This document shows, one piece after another, positions 57,816 through 64,000 of a stretch of 64,000 bases of DNA. Positions within the stretch are counted from its first letter, which is position 1, and each line of letters opens with the position of its first letter. The notes beneath the pieces are model-generated. The model saw only the letters and a list, made by a program, of their open reading frames with translations. It was not told the origin of the DNA and did not search any database. A program made the translations under genes and the position numbers. This DNA comes from Octopus vulgaris (taxonomy: Eukaryota), in contig OX597825.1 in assembly GCA_951406725.2 (NCBI GenBank), positions 77,562,001 to 77,626,000 of the forward strand, in the 5' to 3' direction.

Positions 57816-58489
57816 GCTAAACAGCATTCCTATTCCAAAATTTCTTAGTCTACCATTTTCATTATAATATCACCCTTTCATTACCCTTCATGTTGTGAGC
57901 TGAAGAGACACGACTGCTGTTTCTAGCAGGCGGAAGCAACACGTACGACCTCAAAATTTCAGTCACCATTGTTGTTATTGATTTTTTCCTTCTTATTGTC
58001 GCTGCTGCTGTTGTTGTTGTTGGTGGTGGTGGTGGTCGTGGTCGTCGTCGTTGTCGTGGTCGTCGTCATCGTTGTGATGTTTATTATGGTGGCGTTGTCA
58101 GTAGTAACGATATTGTTGATAATATTCGAAACGTTAAACTACCAACTCCTTTGTCTCTATTCTCTCCAACTGTCAACTATTTTCTTTGGCCTGTCAGATC
58201 TTTAATTGTCTCAATTGTTTTCTAATGTACACTTTACAACATTATTTCTTCTTTTCCTTTCTTAATTTTAAACATTTTTGAAAATATTTTCTCCGAGTAT
58301 TCTTCCTCTTATTTTCTTTTTTGCTTTCTTTTTTTTCTTCTCTTGAGTCCCAGGTCAGTCTCTGGTTCAACAGACCCATCATCAAGGCTATTAAAATCTT
58401 CAAACAATATTACCATTTATTTATTTACTTATTTTATTACTTATTTGAGATCTATTGTGAATTTTTCATCCATTACAAGATGGCTGGCA

Positions 58490-58580
<91 letters not shown>

Positions 58581-58707
58581 CGTCTGTCTGTCTGTCTGTC
58601 TGTCTATTTATCTATCTATCTATCTATCTATTATTTATCGACCTTTCTCTCTTTTTGTCTCTCTCTCCCTCTCCATCTCTCTCTCAACACACACACACAT
58701 ATATATA

Positions 58708-58870
58708 GGCACAGTAGTGGCTGTGTGATAGAAGCTTGCTTCCCAACCATAAGGTTCAAGGTTCAGTCCCACTGCGTGGTATCTTGTGTAAATGTCTTCT
58801 ACTATAGCCTCGGGCCGACCAGAGCCTTGTGAGTGGATTTGGTAGATGGAAACTGAAAGAAGCCTGTCGT
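58708..58870 (+). mobile_element. SINE family A 5' half ending in (TA)n(TG)n
   Basis: GGCACAGTAGTGGCTGTG...GGTTCAGTCCCACTGCGTGG...GAAACTGAAAGAAGCCTGTCGTA. Confidence 0.8.
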
Positions 58871-58871
58871 A

Positions 58872-58940
<69 letters not shown>

Positions 58941-59823
58941 TCATACATATATAATTTATACATGTATATATTTATGTATGTATAAGGGTAAACCCTTTGC
59001 AGAATGCTAGACAAAGCTCATCCGTAGCTAGTGGCTATCTGATGTAATCATTGAGGAGAAATGCTCCTCCTACTGGATATATATATCAGGAATTCCATAT
59101 CATCTGTAGAGTAACATATCTGACTGTAATGGCAAGATAATCTAAGAACTTACTTAAACAATCACCTGGGGAAGCGCATTTTACACCTTGGACGTAAGAT
59201 TATGATTGCACTACATATCACCTATGTACTAAAGTATGCGTCGAAACAATTGTACAGATTTCAAATAAAAAAGTCGTTAATTCCAGATTTTCTATAATTT
59301 ATGTATGTATGTGTATATGTATGTATCGGAGAGAAATGTCTTCTCATATCAGATATCTCCTGCAAGACGAACGAAAATTTTAGGAAAATAAAAATAAAAA
59401 ATAAGTGGAAATTTTACCGGTGAGTGTGTTACATTATAAGGCACAAAAAGAAAATGACTCTCCTCAGACACAACAGAATACGCTTCAACACACGAACTCA
59501 TATAAAGAATCTTACAAACCAAATCCAAAAACGAAATATAACTTTGCATGTGTATATATATATATATAAAAACTTGGAGAAACACATTTTGAGCCGAACC
59601 AGGGACAGCTGATGAAGGGGAATTTTCCTTGTATTGTTTGTACTGTACTCTGTTTTTTCGTTGTTTAAAAAAAGTCCCTTTCCTTGTTTGATTTTATGTT
59701 TTCGTCTCTCGTTGTGTTCTACGTTTATTTGTGGTGTCCTGTACGCATATATATATATATATACATGTAGATGTAAGTATGTACATATATGTATGTATAT
59801 ATACATATATTTTATTTATTTAT

Positions 59824-59865
<42 letters not shown>

Positions 59866-60825
59866 GCGTGTATGTGTATAGATAGATGGAGAGAGAGGGA
59901 AAAATACCCTTTTTGTATATAATGCTGATTGAAAACATTTTTTTTTTCCTTGCATCATACAGAAAATATAAATGAAAATTTTACTTCATTCAATATACAC
60001 CCATTCAAATAATCGGAAATATAAGCAGATGGCCTATTTAAAGAACTTCATGGTTATATATTAATATGTACTGAGAATGTTGAGAGATGTTCTTTGATCA
60101 TTTATAAGGACGACAGAATGGACTAAACAAAAATGGAGGAGGCACATGTGATGGAGCGTCACAGGATGTGTAACGAAAGAATTCCAGCGAAAGGACTTAA
60201 GATAAGAACAAATCATAAATCTGAAATGAAAACCGAATATGTAGTGCATATGTTTATTTGGCAAAAAATTGGCCGTCCCGAAATATAACAATATTCTCTT
60301 ATAATATCCTTTCAAAATTGTTCTTTGTAAGAAGTTCTTAAGTACTATTTATCTGCAGGGTTGCTCCCTTGATCGGAAGTGCAATCAATTGTTATTGCAC
60401 ATTATCACAATCTATCGTACTTCAACTTTGCTGTACAAAGATTCTTAGTGCACAGTGGATTGGGTGGTTGTCGCCGCCGCCGCTGTTGTTACTTCGATTG
60501 TATTGTGCCTTTGAAGATGTGTGCTTCGGTTTGTAAATTCAAAAATCCTGTCACAAGTTTTTTTGTTCTCTGTGATTAATATGTAGTATTTTGGTACCAA
60601 AGTTTCTGTTATTATATTTTCTTCAATATAGATACTTGAAAGGATTGTCACATTTATAAATCTGAAGAAAATGACTTTAGATATTAGAAACTAACTGAAG
60701 AAAAAGTAAGTCGGGAAGCAGCCATTTTGGAATTGATGAATTCACCATTCGTTTGTGATGTGAACAAAAGATAAAATGAGACACCGCACCGAGAAATCGA
60801 AAAGCGTTTAAAATAGAAATAAAAA

Positions 60826-61150
60826 GGAGCACTTCGTCGGTTGCAACGACGAGGGTCCCAGTTTATACGATCAACGAAACAGCTTGCTCGTGAAATTAAC
60901 GTACAAGTGGCTGAGCATTCCACAGTCACGTGTACCCTTAACGTAGTTCTCGGGGAGATTCAGCGTAACACAGAGTGTGACAAGGCCGGCCCTTTGAAAT
61001 ACAGGTGCTACTCATTTTTGCCAGCTGAGTGGACTGGAGTAACCTGAAATAAAGTGTCTTGCTCAAGGACACAACGCGTCGCCAGGAATTGAACTCACGA
61101 CCTTACGATCATGAAATGAATGCCCCTAAACACTAAGCCACGCGCCTTCA
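60826..61150 (-). mobile_element. tRNA-derived CORE-type SINE with the 20403-type tail
   Basis: Minus strand: GAAGGCGCGTGGCTTAGTG...GAGTTCAATTCC...GTGTCCTTGAGCAAGACACT...TGTATTTCAAAGGGCCGGCC...CCCCGAGAACTACGTTAAGGGTACACGTG. Confidence 0.85.
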
Positions 61151-61560
61151 CTAATATAGAGATATAACAAAATCGAGAGAGGACTGTTGTACCATGTCAA
61201 ATGAAAAGAACTCGTTGTTGAAGCGTTAAAACTGAAGCAACGTTTAAATCCCAATTCTCAAAGATTTAAGACGTAATTGAGATAACAACTTTTTAATCGA
61301 CATTCTGTTAGTCTACAACTGATAATCTTTAGTCATACGTAGCTGACCACATCGTCAGCTACTTATGACTAAAGACTAAGAAGACTATGAAAAGTAAATC
61401 TTATCCATTTTCAACGACTTAACGGTTGTTAGTAAATGAAAATCTTTTGTTAATTCTATTCATTCGATCAAATTAATCCTTTTACTGAGACAAACAGATA
61501 TATACGCTCGATATTTCATTAGCCTTTACGGCAGAAAGCTGTTTTATACACCAGTCTATA

Positions 61561-61650
61561 AAGAAAAAGTAATGCTACTAAATGCTACAGAAGAAAAAGT
61601 AATGCTACTAAATACTACAGAAGAAAAAGTAATGCAACTAAATACTGCAA
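61561..61650 (+). repeat. 30-bp minisatellite x3
   Basis: AAGAAAAAGTAATGCTACTAAAT(G/A)CTACAG repeated three times with few mismatches. Confidence 0.9.
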
Positions 61651-61892
61651 AATATTTTTCTACTGTTTTACAGATTCTAGCAATATTAATAATAATATTA
61701 TGTCGAGGAATGTGGTGTTTGAAACAATTTTCTGTTGAGATATGTGAAGATTACTGAGGCAACGTGACTCGCAAAACATACCACTTCTAATTCATTGTAG
61801 GTATTTCATATAATTATTACAATAACCATGAAATCTAACTACACAATTAATGGGTTAAGAATGCTGAGCAAATGCTAAATTATATTCTCCGA

Positions 61893-62300
61893 GGCGTAGC
61901 AGTGGCTGTGAGGTAAGTGGCTTGCTTACGAACTACATGGTTCCGGGTTCAGTCCCACTGCGTGGCACCTTGGGCAAGTGTGTTCTACTATAGCCTCGGG
62001 CCGACCAAAGCCTTGTGAGTGGATTTGGTAGACGGAAACTGAAAGAAGCCCGTCGTACGTATACATATATGTGTGTGTGTGTGTGTGTGTGCGTGTGTGT
62101 GTTTGTCCCCCCCCCCCCCAACATCACTTGACAACCGATGCTGGTGTGTTTACGTCCCCGTAACTTAGCGGCAAAACAGACCGATAGAATAAGTACTAGG
62201 CTTACAAAGAATAAGTCCAGGGGTCGATTTGCTCGATTAAGGCGGTGCTCCAGCATGGCCACAGCCAAATGACTGAAACAAGTAAAAGAGTAAAAGAGTA
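61893..62300 (+). mobile_element. SINE family A, full-length reference copy
   Basis: tRNA-like head (GTGGCTGTGAGG; GGGTTCAGTCCC), CORE-like GTGGCACCTTGGGCAAGTG, internal (TA)(TG)n, conserved 3' half and (GTAAAAGA)n tail. Further fragments lie at 1-260, 15640-15780, 18670-18810, 21700-21925, 25390-25575, 35800-35880, 39505-39670 and 45290-45365. Confidence 0.88.
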
Positions 62301-63400
62301 ATGTCAGTTGATTTATTGGAAGCCGTAGTTTACGACGACGAATGTTCCAGGTGATATTAGTACTGTAAAAATGCATCTGATTTTATAGGTGGAATGAAAA
62401 GCAGGGCTGTGTAGTAAAGCATGCTAAAACCACTAATGGTGGTAAACTACCTCCTTAGGTCATGTTCAGAAGTGAAGCACTACAAAAATGAGCCAAATGT
62501 ACCAGTAATACTACTGTTTGTGTTAATGACAAATGGCTGGATGTGCAATAATATGGCTGGATTGTAAATATATTTGGGTTTGATATCGCTTTAATAATGC
62601 TCTGTGAAAACCAAAATCAACTCAAAATGAATTCTTTTCGAGACCACTTTCCAGATAACGTAAAAACGTGATCTGCAAAAGTTATACAAAACCTGTTATC
62701 ATTTTCGAGGGGTTAATAAGCATTTAAAGGCCACTGGACATCTACAGAAAAGAACCTTTTGAACGATAGCTTCTACGGTCCCTGGTAACACCATTTTGGG
62801 TGAGTGCGTGTCTACTCCTATCCCATTCTCCCGTCGCCACAACCACCACTACACAGACAAAACGTGGTCACCGCTCTTATGCCAATCAACATCACAAGAC
62901 TTACGTAAACTTGCATTTCTCTAAGCTGTTCACTTCTTACAATAATCCTTTGTGCCTGAAATATATATAATAGTTTCTTATCATGCCCTTTTCGCATTGT
63001 TAGAAGCTTCTAGTCGACATTTTTCTTATTTTTCTTTGTGTATCAATTCCTGAGCACTTTATTTTGATGACCGAAGTAACTGGTGGTAATTTGTTTATTT
63101 GTCTTATATACACACGTTGTTGCTAACGATGAGGAAATATGAAAACAGTCAGTATTAATTAAAGCAGATAATAGGGCAGAAAGAGTTCATACAATTTAAC
63201 GATTTATGGTGTATCGCCAGTTTCACAGCGTTATATAGATGGCGTTGCTGAATAATAGCTATAATGTAAGGCTGCGAAACTGACAATGCATCATCAATAG
63301 TTAGGATGTATGTATTTTTTCTAACACACTCACTCACATATATAGGAGCACATACACACTCACAGACAAAAACGCACAAGTATACACGCACGCAGAATCG

Positions 63401-63441
<41 letters not shown>

Positions 63442-63814
63442 AAACACGCATGTACAAGCACTCATACATACACAGACAAGGCGAATACATGAATATAATG
63501 TATATGAGCAACGAAAAACAATTCAAAATGGCCACGAATATGTGCGTTACGTAATATACGAGGTAACTTCTTATATAATCACACAGACACACAAACACAC
63601 GTTTGTATATTTATAAAAAAAAGACATTGAGTAGGATAAAAGGGGATTCGGAGAATTATGTGGCTTTCATAGTAAGCTGTCCGTTCGAATTCGGCTATCA
63701 GATTACGTAGTAATCAATTACCTTCTTGAGTAATGTAATATGTTTGTATAATTGAAAATCTTGGAAATCAGAAATCAGAACCATAATTTTTCCGCCAAGA
63801 ATGAAGCAGACATA

Positions 63815-63910
<96 letters not shown>

Positions 63911-63965
63911 TGCACACACACATGCACACATACACACACACAGACATATACACAGATAGATAGAT

Positions 63966-63999
<34 letters not shown>

Positions 64000-64000
64000 A

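Noticed and set aside
59609-59640. CTGATGAAGGGGAATTTTCC as a hammerhead
   Set aside because: The 5' core is present but no GAAA or helix III follows.
61198-61225. AATGAAAAGAAC (NEKN) as a possible nAChR exon 2
   Set aside because: No AG acceptor, and no following QIMTTNVWL-like sequence or donor.

Overview
Eukaryotic, extremely microsatellite-rich DNA: (TA)n, (CA)n, (TATG)n, (TATC)n, (AAT)n, (TAG)n, (GGT)n. The SINE and repeat landscape is typical of an Octopus (coleoid cephalopod) genome; the organism is inferred, not proven. Almost all listed ORFs are microsatellite artefacts. The only confident host coding sequence is the first coding exon (52231-52440, +) of a nicotinic acetylcholine receptor subunit; its next exon was not found in the window. 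The rest is transposon debris: two R4/Dong-type restriction-endonuclease LINE fragments, each inside an (AAT)n tract; CR1/L2-type 3' ends; a Penelope-like (Neptune-type) endonuclease fragment; mariner DD34D and maT DD37D relics; Helitron, pogo and piggyBac non-autonomous elements; and at least four tRNA-derived SINE types. The most unusual signal is a set of sequence-distinct minimal type-I hammerhead-ribozyme motifs, usually in fold-back (inverted) pairs. They include a G3:C8 core-swap variant (24.9 kb) and an A6U variant present twice (13.8 and 30.2 kb). All structures and alignments were read by eye; no activity or database match has been tested, and boundaries are approximate.
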